Virus record (IMG/VR): IMGVR_UViG_3300037116_000299
Span: 150,301 to 214,300 of that record
DNA length: 64,000 nt
Direction: 5' to 3' (one strand)
Shown: in pieces, positions 9,662 through 19,475 of the stretch
Layout: every line of letters starts with the position of its first letter
Position numbering within the stretch: the first letter of the stretch is position 1
Program-made: the position numbers and the translations under genes
The notes under the pieces: generated by a model
The model's input: only the letters and a program-made list of their open reading frames with translations
What the model was told of the DNA's origin: nothing
Database searches by the model: none

Positions 9662-10810
9662 ATGACCGCTAACCTTGTGTACCTCTTGAACGACGCTTCC
9701 ACGTTCGCCAACTTCTCCCAGTGGGCATCGCAGATTAGCGTCCAGCTTCAGCTCGCCGGATGGATTCAAAGCAACGACACAGGACAAGTCATGTGGACGG
9801 GCTTGACCATCAGTGCTGTGACCTGCACCGGAACCACATCAGTCTATACATACGCCTCGCTCACAGGTCTGCCGCTTGCGAATGGTCGTGCCTTGAACAT
9901 CACAGGCATGGGCAATTCGGTCAACAACGGAACGTTTGTCATCACGTCGTTCACCGGCACGACCTCGGGCACCTTCACCGTGACCAACTCAGCCAGTGGC
10001 ACTACGGCTTCCGGTCAGTCGGGTGTGGTCACAGCGAACACCGTTGTTCCTGCCACCAACGCCACGGTTTATGAAATCTGGCAACCCAATGACTCGTTGA
10101 CCAACTTCTTCCTCAAGATACAGTATGGGAACAGTCAGGCCGCGAATGCCCCGGTTCTAGTTGCTCAACTCAGCACCACCACCAATGGGGCTGGGGTACC
10201 CACAGGCTACGTTACCTCCCAATTTGTAGCGTGTGTGGGCGCACCCACCGCCCAGAGTGCCACGGTGCCCTGGGAGTGCCGCTTCTCTGGAGGACCCAGC
10301 TACTTCGGGGCTCTGATGTGGAGAGGAGTAAACACCGGTCAGTTGGTGTACATCGAACGCAGCGTGAACTCCAGCGGTGTCTACACCAACACGCACGTCA
10401 CCTTGGTGGTCATCGGGGACACTAACGGAGGCGGAGTCGTCACGGTTGCTAACCAGCAGACTCTGTACCTACAGAGCGGACTCGGGGCTTGCCCTGTAGT
10501 GTGCTCATCCACGAACTCAAACGCTTACGGCGGTTTGACTATCTCTGTGCCTAACCCTACCTCCAGAGGCAACCAAGCCTTCAACGGCACCGTGCCTGTG
10601 GACTTCATCTCTCCAGTGGTTGGGCTCCTCGATTACCCCCTTTATGGATTGGCGGGGACGAACTATCTGGCGGTGTCAGAAGGTCAGATTCTAACGGTAT
10701 CGGTGTACGGCTCTAACCACACCTACTTCGCCACTCAGGCTACACCTTTCTCTCAAGCGTTTCAGGGTTCAAGTGCCGCAGGTAACGCCCTCCTCATGAG
10801 GTACGAATAA
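9662..10810 (+). CDS. Ser/Thr/Gly-rich virion fibre/adhesin-like protein, paralog B
   Basis: 382-aa tandem paralog of 8498-9661; both genes end ATGAGGTACGAATAA. Confidence 0.65.
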   Translation: MTANLVYLLNDASTFANFSQWASQISVQLQLAGWIQSNDTGQVMWTGLTISAVTCTGTTSVYTYASLTGLPLANGRALNITGMGNSVNNGTFVITSFTGTTSGTFTVTNSASGTTASGQSGVVTANTVVPATNATVYEIWQPNDSLTNFFLKIQYGNSQAANAPVLVAQLSTTTNGAGVPTGYVTSQFVACVGAPTAQSATVPWECRFSGGPSYFGALMWRGVNTGQLVYIERSVNSSGVYTNTHVTLVVIGDTNGGGVVTVANQQTLYLQSGLGACPVVCSSTNSNAYGGLTISVPNPTSRGNQAFNGTVPVDFISPVVGLLDYPLYGLAGTNYLAVSEGQILTVSVYGSNHTYFATQATPFSQAFQGSSAAGNALLMRYE

Positions 10811-12570
10811 TGCCCCTGATGGCGCCCACGCCCATTGCGATGGCGAATCGTGGTAACACGGTCACCAACAGCAACACCGTTGCGGCTACGACACTCACCA
10901 TGTCTATCGCCAACAACAGTGTGGGTGTGAACGGGGGCAACTCCGTGGGCGGAAATGTATTGATGGTAGCGGCTATCGCTATCTACACGGCCAGTGTGAC
11001 GGTCTCCTCCATCACCCCCGGAGCGAACCTCTTCACCGGATGGACATTTCAAGGAGCAAGCACCGAACCCGGCTCAGGCGTCCGCATTGAACTGTGGACG
11101 ACGCCTTGTGTCCTCGGGGCTGGAACAGCCAACTCGACCATCAACTTCAGTTCAGCCGCTCTGGCCTCTGTGTCCGTGACCAGCTACACGGAACCTTACG
11201 ACTACCCCTCGTCGCCTCTGGTGAACAGCGGTTTGTACAACAACACCAACGGCATCACCACCGGTGTTCACGTTGAGACCATCTCTCCCGCAGCCTTCAC
11301 AGCGGGAAACCTGATTATCATGAGTATGCAAGCGACTCCGACCCCCACCAGCGTCACGGACAGTGTAGGTACCACATACACTTTGGTCAACACCGGTTCC
11401 TACAATGCCTATGGTGCTAACCTCTACGTCGCCGTGTTCGCCGGTATCGCCGCAGGTTCCTCCGCGTCTCCCACGGTGACGATGCACTTCGGGGCCAGCA
11501 GTGGTGTCTATCGCTACTACGTGAGCCAGTGGGCCGGGGTCACCGCAACGGTGGACACAACGAACGCTGTAGGAGTCCCGTCTCTTGGCGGGGCTGCGAT
11601 GAACACTATCAACGTCACCACGACCAATGCCAATGACCTCATTCACACCGTGCTTGCCATGTATGGTGGGAACCCGACCGTGTTGAGTCAATATCCGGGC
11701 AACGGCGTCATTGGTAGTTTTGAAGGCGCCAGAATTGTAAACAGTACGGGAACCTACCCGACCTACTGGACAAACAACAACTCAAGTATGGCGGTCACCA
11801 CCGCGTTCAAGGTATCTCCGACGTACACTCCGACCGCCGCGCCAACACCGCGTGTCGTAACGGCTCACAGTGCTGCAAGCACTGGTTTTTATGCTGAACT
11901 GGACAACACCCCCCAGTACGGGGGAAACATGATGGTCACCGCGTATGCGGTGGCTACCAACTCAGGAGATACATTCGCGGGTGCGGTTGGTACGCTTCGA
12001 ACTTCGGTGACACCTACGGTGACATCCGCTGCTGCTGTCCTCATGGAGAATGGGCCAACTAGCACCATCGCCAGTATGCGTACTCAGTTGAGGATGTCGT
12101 CCCAACGGGCATGGGCTGCTATCAGCTTTGAACTGGTGGCCGCTAACGGCACCTACACGCTGAATGCCAACCCGCTCGTTCAGTCCAACCACATAGGTCA
12201 ATCTGAAACGGCCAAGTACCAAGTGAAGTCCACCGACATAATCGAGAAGTACATGGTTCCGTCTCAGAATGGAAGTAGCTCCGGACTCTATCTGTTTGCT
12301 CAGGCTCTCGCCAGCGCTACCCTTGGCATTGCGTACTCAGAAACGATCTTTGCTACCGGAGGTTCCAGCCCCTATGCACTCACGGTTCTGTCCGGGACTC
12401 TGCCTCCTGGTCTGTCCTTGAACTCAGGCACTGGTGTGATTTCCGGTACACCTACAACGGCAGGTACGTACGGTTTCACGCTCAAGGCAATTGACTCGCT
12501 GCGCAACACTACGACTTGCACGTTCCAGATCCTGACGATTGCATCGACCAACAGCGGATTCGTGAACTAA
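10810..12570 (+). CDS. Ser/Thr-rich protein with C-terminal putative Ig (He_PIG-like) domain
   Basis: C-terminus ATLGIAYSETIFATGGSSPY...GTLPPGLSLNSGTGVISGTPTTAGTYGFTLKAIDS is the He_PIG/cadherin-like pattern. Confidence 0.7.
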   Translation: MPLMAPTPIAMANRGNTVTNSNTVAATTLTMSIANNSVGVNGGNSVGGNVLMVAAIAIYTASVTVSSITPGANLFTGWTFQGASTEPGSGVRIELWTTPCVLGAGTANSTINFSSAALASVSVTSYTEPYDYPSSPLVNSGLYNNTNGITTGVHVETISPAAFTAGNLIIMSMQATPTPTSVTDSVGTTYTLVNTGSYNAYGANLYVAVFAGIAAGSSASPTVTMHFGASSGVYRYYVSQWAGVTATVDTTNAVGVPSLGGAAMNTINVTTTNANDLIHTVLAMYGGNPTVLSQYPGNGVIGSFEGARIVNSTGTYPTYWTNNNSSMAVTTAFKVSPTYTPTAAPTPRVVTAHSAASTGFYAELDNTPQYGGNMMVTAYAVATNSGDTFAGAVGTLRTSVTPTVTSAAAVLMENGPTSTIASMRTQLRMSSQRAWAAISFELVAANGTYTLNANPLVQSNHIGQSETAKYQVKSTDIIEKYMVPSQNGSSSGLYLFAQALASATLGIAYSETIFATGGSSPYALTVLSGTLPPGLSLNSGTGVISGTPTTAGTYGFTLKAIDSLRNTTTCTFQILTIASTNSGFVN

Positions 12571-13640
12571 GCCACTTGGATCTTGGTCTTGAGGACCGCG
12601 ATCCAAGGCTGCATCCATCCCGTATCGCGCGAGTTCCGTTCGATCGCGGCCAGCGTCCTGTCCGCGAGTCCGATCCTTCCGGTTTGAATCGCAGCAAAGG
12701 CAAACTCGTACGGCATTAGGTGCTGGTAGATGGTGGCATCGATGAACAACCGATCTTCCTTCGGATAGGGGAAGTCGTGGCCCCAGACCGAAGCATAGAA
12801 GAATGCCATCCGCGGCTCATCGATCGCCCGGTAATGCTGGACGATTTCATAGATCGGCTCAATGCGCGTCGGCCGATATTGGTAAGCCTTGAGGAATAGG
12901 GGCAGCACGGTCGCCTCCCAATCCTCTCCCAGGCGCATGGCCATCCGGCCCTTCTGATACATGGCGTACCAGCGTTCCTCGTCGAAGCCTTCAAGCAGCA
13001 CGCGTCGCCCATACCAGTATTCGGCGGGCCCATAGTGGCCGAAGTCCTTGTAGGACTGGGCCAGATAGAAGAGGCTCCGCGGATTGGTCGGATCTTCGAT
13101 CACAGCCTTGGTCAACAGGCAGATGTCGCGTTCGAACTTGTCCGTACGCATTGCTCCATCCGCCAGGTGAGTCAGGCTGATGTCGTGGATCTGCTCAAAG
13201 CGCAGCGCCGTCGGCGACGTGATGTATTCGTGGGTGACCCCGACATAGTTCCACTCGTGGCGCGACGACACCAGCATGGTCTGGGTGTAGTCGAGCGACC
13301 CTTCGTAGCGCAACTCATACGCATCCGCGGTCAGCTTTTCCTTGAATGGAGCCCGAACATTCAACACCATGTCCGCATCCATGATCAGCATGTAATCAGT
13401 CTTCGCCCGAGCGAGCCGTACGAGTTGCGTGCGATTGGCCCCGAAATTCACCCATGGGACTTCAATCAGATCCCCCGGCAGGCTCCCCAGTACGTCGAGC
13501 ACGATCGCCTGGGTGCCATCTGTCGACCCTGTGTCGCAAACGATCCAGGAATCGATCCATGGCTTCGCGGACTCTAGGGCGCGCCGAACGACTGCGCTCT
13601 CATTCTTCACCATCATGGCCAGGCAAACAGTTGGTTTCAT
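12567..13640 (-). CDS. GT2 glycosyltransferase with TPR repeats
   Basis: N-terminal CLAMMVKNE, DTGSTDGT, NFGANR, DAD motif, GVTHEY; then TPR-like repeats (RSLFYLAQSYKD, WYAMYQKG). Only antisense gene in the structural block. Confidence 0.85.
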   Translation of the reverse strand: MKPTVCLAMMVKNESAVVRRALESAKPWIDSWIVCDTGSTDGTQAIVLDVLGSLPGDLIEVPWVNFGANRTQLVRLARAKTDYMLIMDADMVLNVRAPFKEKLTADAYELRYEGSLDYTQTMLVSSRHEWNYVGVTHEYITSPTALRFEQIHDISLTHLADGAMRTDKFERDICLLTKAVIEDPTNPRSLFYLAQSYKDFGHYGPAEYWYGRRVLLEGFDEERWYAMYQKGRMAMRLGEDWEATVLPLFLKAYQYRPTRIEPIYEIVQHYRAIDEPRMAFFYASVWGHDFPYPKEDRLFIDATIYQHLMPYEFAFAAIQTGRIGLADRTLAAIERNSRDTGWMQPWIAVLKTKIQVA

Positions 13641-13689
13641 ATCGCCATCATTCCATTGGCGAAAGTAGGTACCAAAGACTAGACCCGCC

Positions 13690-13710
13690 GTCTTCCTATA
13701 CTAGATAGCT
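13690..13710 (+). promoter_or_regulatory. conserved motif copy 1 (GTCTTCCTATACTAGATAGCT), putative late promoter
   Basis: Intergenic, about 50 bp before ATG 13759; core TTCCTATACTAGAYAG recurs at 15956 and 39981. Confidence 0.6.
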
Positions 13711-13758
13711 CCAGGAGCCTTTTATTGCGGCTCTACTCCGACAACAGGATGTCCAACC

Positions 13759-14043
13759 ATGAGTCTTTCGTCCTCAGATGAGAAGGAAATGCTTCTCAAA
13801 GTACGAGACATCCATGCCGTATTCATCGGCATCGAGGGTCAACCAGGGCGCTTTGCCACCCTTTCCAACACCGTAGAAGGACACGGCCGCCAGCTCGGCA
13901 GGCTTCAGAAGTTCCAGTGGGCGTTGACCGGTATGGGCGTCGTCATTGGCTATCTCTTCTATCATCTGGCCGGAGTTCTCGGCGCGGTTGACGCGCTGAA
14001 GAAGATCTCCTTCGTTCACACCGTCTTCCTTTCCAGGACCTAA
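13759..14043 (+). CDS. small membrane protein (XhlA/holin-like architecture)
   Basis: Short coiled coil followed by a hydrophobic segment (WALTGMGVVIGYLFYHLAGVLGAV). Confidence 0.5.
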   Translation: MSLSSSDEKEMLLKVRDIHAVFIGIEGQPGRFATLSNTVEGHGRQLGRLQKFQWALTGMGVVIGYLFYHLAGVLGAVDALKKISFVHTVFLSRT

Positions 14044-14589
14044 ATGGCGACTGTTGGCCAATCCCGGTTGATTCAGTTCTGGATCGCCGATGTTGCCAGT
14101 GTTCCGATCACCACCTGCACGCTGTCCAGTTTCGCCATCTCCTTTACGCGGGATGGCGCAGCCTGTGCTGATGGTCTGAGCCTTGTAAACAATGGTGCCG
14201 GCAGTTACTGCCTGCAGTACACCCCAACGGCCGCCGGTCGCGATGCGGTGACGATCGATGATACTGTCAACGATCTCTACTACTGCGACATCGAGCCCAT
14301 TGTGTTGGTTGGGTCAGATGGTCTGGACCTCGTGACCGTGACCCAGGACTACGGCGGAGTGGGCGCGCTCCTGCCAAGCGCTCCGCAGCTTGCGACGTTT
14401 ACCCTCTACGCCTACTTCTATTCCGACTGGTCGGTGGGCAACAACGACCCGTCCTACGCCCTGGCTTCTTATCAACTCGATAGTTCCGGTGCCTGGAGCC
14501 TGACGCTTGTTCCCGGCACCTACACTCTGGTGCTCACGAACAACATCGGAACCACGATCGTCTTTCAGCCAAGTCTGGTGGTCGCCTAA
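14044..14589 (+). CDS. hypothetical virion protein
   Basis: 181 aa, beta-rich composition, coupled to neighbours. Confidence 0.55.
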   Translation: MATVGQSRLIQFWIADVASVPITTCTLSSFAISFTRDGAACADGLSLVNNGAGSYCLQYTPTAAGRDAVTIDDTVNDLYYCDIEPIVLVGSDGLDLVTVTQDYGGVGALLPSAPQLATFTLYAYFYSDWSVGNNDPSYALASYQLDSSGAWSLTLVPGTYTLVLTNNIGTTIVFQPSLVVA

Positions 14590-14592
14590 GTC

Positions 14593-15330
14593 ATGCAGAG
14601 CAATCTCGTATTCCACATCGCGATCCCGCGCGGGCTCAAACTGAAGAACGGCGCGACACTGATGAAGGACGTCACCTTCGACCTCATCAGTCAGCTCACT
14701 CCGTTTTACTCGAGTGTGGACCTGGTGCGCCTGGGCGGCGGACCTGCGATCGCCAAGCTCTCCGACATCACCCTGGCTTGCCAGATCTTCCAGGCCAGTC
14801 TGAAAGCAGACCTGATCTCACCCAACCATCATCCCTGGTTCGGGCCGCAGTTCAAACGTTTCCTTGGCGCCCGGATGCAGTGGACCACAGCAGTCGCCAC
14901 CCGCGACCTGATGCTGAACATCGTTTCCCTGCTGGGCCCGAGCGCGCACGTGTTGGCCAACTTCTCCGCCGATCGCAAGACCGACCTCAAACAGCCCCTG
15001 TCCCAGATCGCCGGCGACATCAAGAGCTACGAGGTTGCGGTCCGCAGCGGCGGCCGTACAGTTCCGGGCGGCCGGCCCACCTTCCACTTTGCTGCCAAGG
15101 GAGTCATGGACTGGGGCGAACGCACCCCCGGGCGATCCTGGAGCGGGAACGGTATGGGTGCAAACGCCACCTCGATTGATCCCGGGTCCGCCACCGGCGG
15201 CCGCGGCAAGCCGGTCAAGTTCTTCGCATCCCCCATCTGCTCGCCGCCCTTCTCCGCGATGCGGTCTGGCATCTACCAGCCGGGCTATCCTCTGGCTCCA
15301 ACGTCGATGTCCTCGTCGGGGTACTACTAA
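14593..15330 (+). CDS. putative head-tail adaptor / neck protein
   Basis: 245 aa; called from position upstream of head-closure, terminator and sheath genes. Confidence 0.4.
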   Translation: MQSNLVFHIAIPRGLKLKNGATLMKDVTFDLISQLTPFYSSVDLVRLGGGPAIAKLSDITLACQIFQASLKADLISPNHHPWFGPQFKRFLGARMQWTTAVATRDLMLNIVSLLGPSAHVLANFSADRKTDLKQPLSQIAGDIKSYEVAVRSGGRTVPGGRPTFHFAAKGVMDWGERTPGRSWSGNGMGANATSIDPGSATGGRGKPVKFFASPICSPPFSAMRSGIYQPGYPLAPTSMSSSGYY

Positions 15331-15332
15331 GC

Positions 15333-15914
15333 ATGGATTTCTACGGCAACATGAGCATGGTCCCGGACATCCGGGAAGAGCTGCACGCAGTCATTCACGG
15401 CCGGGCGGATGTTACACCCCAGGGCCGCGGAGTTGTCCTGCGCCGGCTCAGCAATACACCGTGCGCCTGCTGGGACCCGGTCACAGGCGGCAGCAAGCGC
15501 CCCAACTGCCCGTACTGCAAGGGTGAGGGTTGGCAGTTCATCGAGACCCAGGAAACGATGGCGATCTACCGCGGCGTCGCCCCGGTCTATAAGCCGGGTG
15601 TGCTGGCCACCGGCCAGTATCCCCAGGCGGGTATGGGCTATACCGATACCAACCGCGCAACCGCCTACGTCGAGTTCTTCCGCACAGACGGCAGCGAGGT
15701 CTATCCGAACTACGAACGCTACACGCTGCAGGAGGCCAAGGCCTACGACAAGCTCTACGAGCTGAAGGTCGACCACGAAGGCGAGCTGGTCATCGATCTC
15801 ACCGGACACTTCGTCCGGACGGTCAAATGGAAGGTCCTGTCGGTGGTTCCCACGCACGGAGATCACGGTCGAATCGAGTTCTTCGAGCTTGGCCTCGAGA
15901 AGGAGAACGCCTAA
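15333..15914 (+). CDS. putative head closure/completion protein with Zn-ribbon insert
   Basis: PCACWD...CPYCKGEGW motif; position in neck module. Confidence 0.5.
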   Translation: MDFYGNMSMVPDIREELHAVIHGRADVTPQGRGVVLRRLSNTPCACWDPVTGGSKRPNCPYCKGEGWQFIETQETMAIYRGVAPVYKPGVLATGQYPQAGMGYTDTNRATAYVEFFRTDGSEVYPNYERYTLQEAKAYDKLYELKVDHEGELVIDLTGHFVRTVKWKVLSVVPTHGDHGRIEFFELGLEKENA

Positions 15915-15952
15915 ATGCGCGTGATCAAGTGGTGAATCACCGGTAGAGGTGT

Positions 15953-15971
15953 GTCTTCCTATACTAGACAG
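15953..15971 (+). promoter_or_regulatory. conserved motif copy 2 (GTCTTCCTATACTAGACAG), putative late promoter
   Basis: Intergenic, 36 bp before ATG 16008 at the start of the tail operon. Confidence 0.6.
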
Positions 15972-16007
15972 AGGTGGCCGGGTAAACCTCCCGCGAGAGG
16001 ACCGCAC

Positions 16008-16673
16008 ATGTCTGCAATCGTGCACCCCTCGATGATCCCTCCGCCACTGCGTTCCAGCAAGCCTGCTGTGGACATCAATGGTTTCTTCCAGATCGTCGGG
16101 CAGGCGCTGACCAATTACGTCACCACCGAGGGACTTCCCCAGGGAGTCACTCCCTTCTACGTTGAGGATTTCCCTAAGGAGCGCCTCTCCCAGCCGGATA
16201 CCCCGTTCGACGGATTCACCTTCCACGTCGTGGATGGTGAGATGGCAACCACTTCGAACCTGGGCAACGCCCCACGCCAACCCGCTCTGCGCGAGACGCG
16301 CGTGATGAACGAGCTGACCGGTTACAACGAGGTCACGCTGGGCTGGTGGGAGAACTACACGGTCATCTTTGAGACCTGGTCGAAGTCCAATGGGACCGCC
16401 AACGATTTGTGCATGTGGTTTCACCGTTTCCTGATTCGGTATGCCTATTTCTACAAGGTCTTCGAAGCCTACGGGGTCAAGCAACTCCGATTCCTGAAGC
16501 GGCTCGAAGACACCGTGGAACTCAAGGAAAACCAGGAGTTGTACAAGCGTCAGTACGCCTACACCTTCCGGCTTGAATATCTCGACACCTTTGTCGAACG
16601 CCAACTCACCGACCTGACGGTCAATGTAAGCATCGGGCGGAACATTCAGACGATCGAAGTTCCTGCCACCTAA
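16008..16673 (+). CDS. putative tail terminator/completion protein
   Basis: GAGGA SD, ATG 16008; directly precedes the sheath gene; YTVIFETWSKSN...A..L pattern typical of tail terminators. Confidence 0.5.
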   Translation: MSAIVHPSMIPPPLRSSKPAVDINGFFQIVGQALTNYVTTEGLPQGVTPFYVEDFPKERLSQPDTPFDGFTFHVVDGEMATTSNLGNAPRQPALRETRVMNELTGYNEVTLGWWENYTVIFETWSKSNGTANDLCMWFHRFLIRYAYFYKVFEAYGVKQLRFLKRLEDTVELKENQELYKRQYAYTFRLEYLDTFVERQLTDLTVNVSIGRNIQTIEVPAT

Positions 16674-16730
16674 GCCCCGCACCTGTAGCGAACAGACTGT
16701 CAGTTCGCCCGATCCACGAGGAGAAATCGA

Positions 16731-18578
16731 ATGTACAACAATCTGCCTGGGATTCTGGTCAACACCGTTGATGGCGGCCTCGCCGTTCAGCGGCAGCCGG
16801 TGGCCGACTCCACTCTTGTCATCAGCACGTCCGGCCAGGGCGTCGCCAACCAGCCTTACCAGGTTGTCGATCGCACCAAAGCGGCTCTCGAATTCGGACT
16901 GCAGGGCAACCTGATCCGGGGCATGGAAGAGGCTGCATCGAATTCCGACAACCTGATCCTGTTCCGCATGGGTACCGCTCCGATGACCCTCACTGGCATC
17001 GGCGCAGATTCCACCCCGGGCGCTTTGACTGCAGGCTTCGGTTTGGAGTTCGGCCAGGTTCAGGCCACCGCCGCGACCGACTACAAGGTCTGGTACAAGG
17101 CCGGTGTGCTCGCCGTTTACTTCGGCGAGGCTCTGATCTATTCCAACGACCCGCTGCAGACGACCGACAACGGCGACCTCACCATCGACGGCTTGATCGC
17201 CGGCAATGCAGGTCTGCAGATCGGTACCGGAGCCAGCGCGACCCTCGCCAATGCCATCACGGTTCAGGCCGCAGCGGCTCTGGCAGGCGTAGCCCATCAG
17301 GCGGCTCCGACGCTGACCGCGTGCGTAACCGGCCTCGGCCTCACCGGCCGCCAGCAGTTCGTCGCCTTGCTCAAGGCGCTCGACTTGCTCCAGGGCTTCC
17401 AGGTCAAACAGATTGTGGTTCCGGAGGCGCTCTTCAATGCGCCGAACGTGGCCTTCTATGTCGCAGGCGACGCTACCACGTCCCTCAACAACCCGGTCAC
17501 CAACCCGAGTGCGCTCGACTGGCTCAAAACCTCAGCCGATGCGTATGGCAACCTCACGTTCCAGTGGGCGTCCGAGACAACGGACTCGAACGGAACAGCG
17601 GTTGCTGCCTTCGCCGGTGTGACCCTTGCGTCGCGCAAGGCCGCGGGCTTCTCCGAAGTCAACTGGGGCTACACCCTCGCCAACTTCTGCGCGTCGGTGA
17701 GCATGCTCGGCAACGAGTGCATTGGCTTCATCGGCACGACTGGCCCTGCTTCCTACAAGCTGGTCGATGTGCGCAAGTGGGTGGGTTACCTGCCCAAGTA
17801 CGACGCCAACGGAGTTGTGACCACGGCCGGTGCAGGCCTGCTCGGCATCGCCTACACGGCGGGCACGGACACCGCGCATCTGAATCCCCTGTGTGTCGAC
17901 TTTGCTTCCGGTTCGCGCAAGCCTGGCTTCTTCCAGACGGCGAGCGGACAGTACGATGATGCCGCGGAACAGGACATCAACCAGAATCCGATCGACATCG
18001 GCGCCTACCTGCATGTGGTTGCAGACCAGGCCATTCTTTCGAATGGCTTTGCCACCAACTATGTCAGCAACATCGCGACGTTCGTTGCCGGTATCTGCGG
18101 CATGCTCGACGAGAAGCGCGCACTGACCAACCTGTCGGTCTCCGGCATTCAGCAGCTGCCGGGCCTGACCTACACACCCGGCCAGCTCGATGCGCTCACC
18201 CAGGTCAACATCAACGTGCTCAAGACCAAGACCACCGGTCCGGCGCTGTTGCATGACAAGACCTGCGCCACCGATGCCAGCGACTACACCCAGGTGCTGC
18301 GCGTCCGCATCAAGGGCCTGGTGGTTGCCACCATGCTTGCGATCGGCGACCCCTTCGTGGGAGCCAGCTCGCTCGACGGTCTCCAGCTCACCTCGCTGAA
18401 GACGGCGTTGGACACCGGACTCTCCGAACTGTCCAAGCGTGGCTACATCAACAGCCCCAGCGTGGTCATCAAGACCACAGCGGCTGAACAGCGCATCGGT
18501 CACGCCGACCTGTTCCTGAAGTTCCACCCGGCCGACCAGATGGTGCAGCTCAACGCCTATGTGGGCCTGACCCGCTAA
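16731..18578 (+). CDS. contractile tail sheath protein (615 aa)
   Basis: N-terminal LPGILVN, C-terminal sheath-like region (LTQVNINVL...QVLRVRI...IGDPFVG...ADLFLKFHPA..MVQLNAYV); followed by a tube gene. Confidence 0.8.
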   Translation: MYNNLPGILVNTVDGGLAVQRQPVADSTLVISTSGQGVANQPYQVVDRTKAALEFGLQGNLIRGMEEAASNSDNLILFRMGTAPMTLTGIGADSTPGALTAGFGLEFGQVQATAATDYKVWYKAGVLAVYFGEALIYSNDPLQTTDNGDLTIDGLIAGNAGLQIGTGASATLANAITVQAAAALAGVAHQAAPTLTACVTGLGLTGRQQFVALLKALDLLQGFQVKQIVVPEALFNAPNVAFYVAGDATTSLNNPVTNPSALDWLKTSADAYGNLTFQWASETTDSNGTAVAAFAGVTLASRKAAGFSEVNWGYTLANFCASVSMLGNECIGFIGTTGPASYKLVDVRKWVGYLPKYDANGVVTTAGAGLLGIAYTAGTDTAHLNPLCVDFASGSRKPGFFQTASGQYDDAAEQDINQNPIDIGAYLHVVADQAILSNGFATNYVSNIATFVAGICGMLDEKRALTNLSVSGIQQLPGLTYTPGQLDALTQVNINVLKTKTTGPALLHDKTCATDASDYTQVLRVRIKGLVVATMLAIGDPFVGASSLDGLQLTSLKTALDTGLSELSKRGYINSPSVVIKTTAAEQRIGHADLFLKFHPADQMVQLNAYVGLTR

Positions 18579-18687
18579 GTAGTCCCTCCCTCCGCCGGCA
18601 AACCTGCCGCGGCTCAGCTCCCGTGAGGTCGCCCGATCTCCGGGAGCTGCGAATCCCTTCTGACTTCATCCTTCCAAGGAGTTCTCC

Positions 18688-19386
18688 ATGTCCAGTGCTC
18701 TCGGCGGTGTACTCGCCAGCGAAATCAGCCGTTCCTACAATTCGTTCGCAGGTTCGGACATCAAGGCGGTAATTGGCCAGTTCCAGTTCGCCGAGCTGCA
18801 GGCGATCAGCTACTCCATCACCCGCGAGAAGGCCCCGGTCTACACCCTGGGCAGCGCCGATGTGCGCGCCTACTCGCGCAACAAGCGCGGCATTGCCGGC
18901 TCCCTCATCTGGATCAACTTCGATCGCCACGCTCTGTTGAATCTCATTCAGCAGGCCGCCGGCACCTTCGTCGCCGATGCAGACGAGATTCGCCCGCAGT
19001 ACACCGACGTGTCCAACGGCTCCGCGGTCTTCCAGTCCTCGGTCATTCGTGACATGGGCCCCTCGATCAGTTCCACGATCAATGCTCTCGATCAGCAGAC
19101 CATCAACACGGTCGGCGCGACCAATGAGCTGGCGACCCCGTGGTATTCGGATCAGATTCTGCCGTTCGATGTAACGCTCGCTGGCGCAAATGAGTACGGC
19201 GCCATGTGTGCGGCCAAGATCTTCGGCCTCGAAATCCTCAACGAGGGTTCCGGGATCTCGATCGACGATGCGGTTACCGAGATGCAGGCGACCTTCGTTG
19301 CCCGTGTGGTCGAACCGATGGCCGCCGTGTCCAGTCCGTTCCAGCCGTCCACCGGCATTGGCGGTTCGGCTCTGACGCGCGCGTAA
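18688..19386 (+). CDS. tail tube protein
   Basis: SFAGSDIKAV...LQAISYSITREKAPVYTLG...RGIAGSLI tube-fold pattern directly after sheath; AAGGAG SD. Confidence 0.75.
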   Translation: MSSALGGVLASEISRSYNSFAGSDIKAVIGQFQFAELQAISYSITREKAPVYTLGSADVRAYSRNKRGIAGSLIWINFDRHALLNLIQQAAGTFVADADEIRPQYTDVSNGSAVFQSSVIRDMGPSISSTINALDQQTINTVGATNELATPWYSDQILPFDVTLAGANEYGAMCAAKIFGLEILNEGSGISIDDAVTEMQATFVARVVEPMAAVSSPFQPSTGIGGSALTRA

Positions 19387-19407
19387 TCGTTTCTCCTCAA
19401 TCTCCAT

Positions 19408-19470
19408 ACGGGCAGTTTCAGCCTTTGGCTCTTTGTTCCTTTCTGCCATGCTGAAGCTGCCCGTTTCTTT
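19408..19470 (+). terminator. long hairpin / terminator after tail tube gene
   Basis: ACGGGCAGTTTCAGC ... GCTGAAGCTGCCCGT stem followed by TTCTTT. Confidence 0.6.
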
Positions 19471-19475
19471 ATTCC

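Noticed and set aside
8498-10810. Diversity-generating retroelement template/variable repeat pair
   Set aside because: Both copies are intact full-length ORFs diverged throughout, differences are not confined to adenines, and no reverse transcriptase is in the window.
7888-13640. Invertible fibre cassette driven by the serine recombinase
   Set aside because: No flanking inverted repeats found by eye, the fibre genes are all co-oriented, and the recombinase lies about 50 kb away beyond the tRNA.
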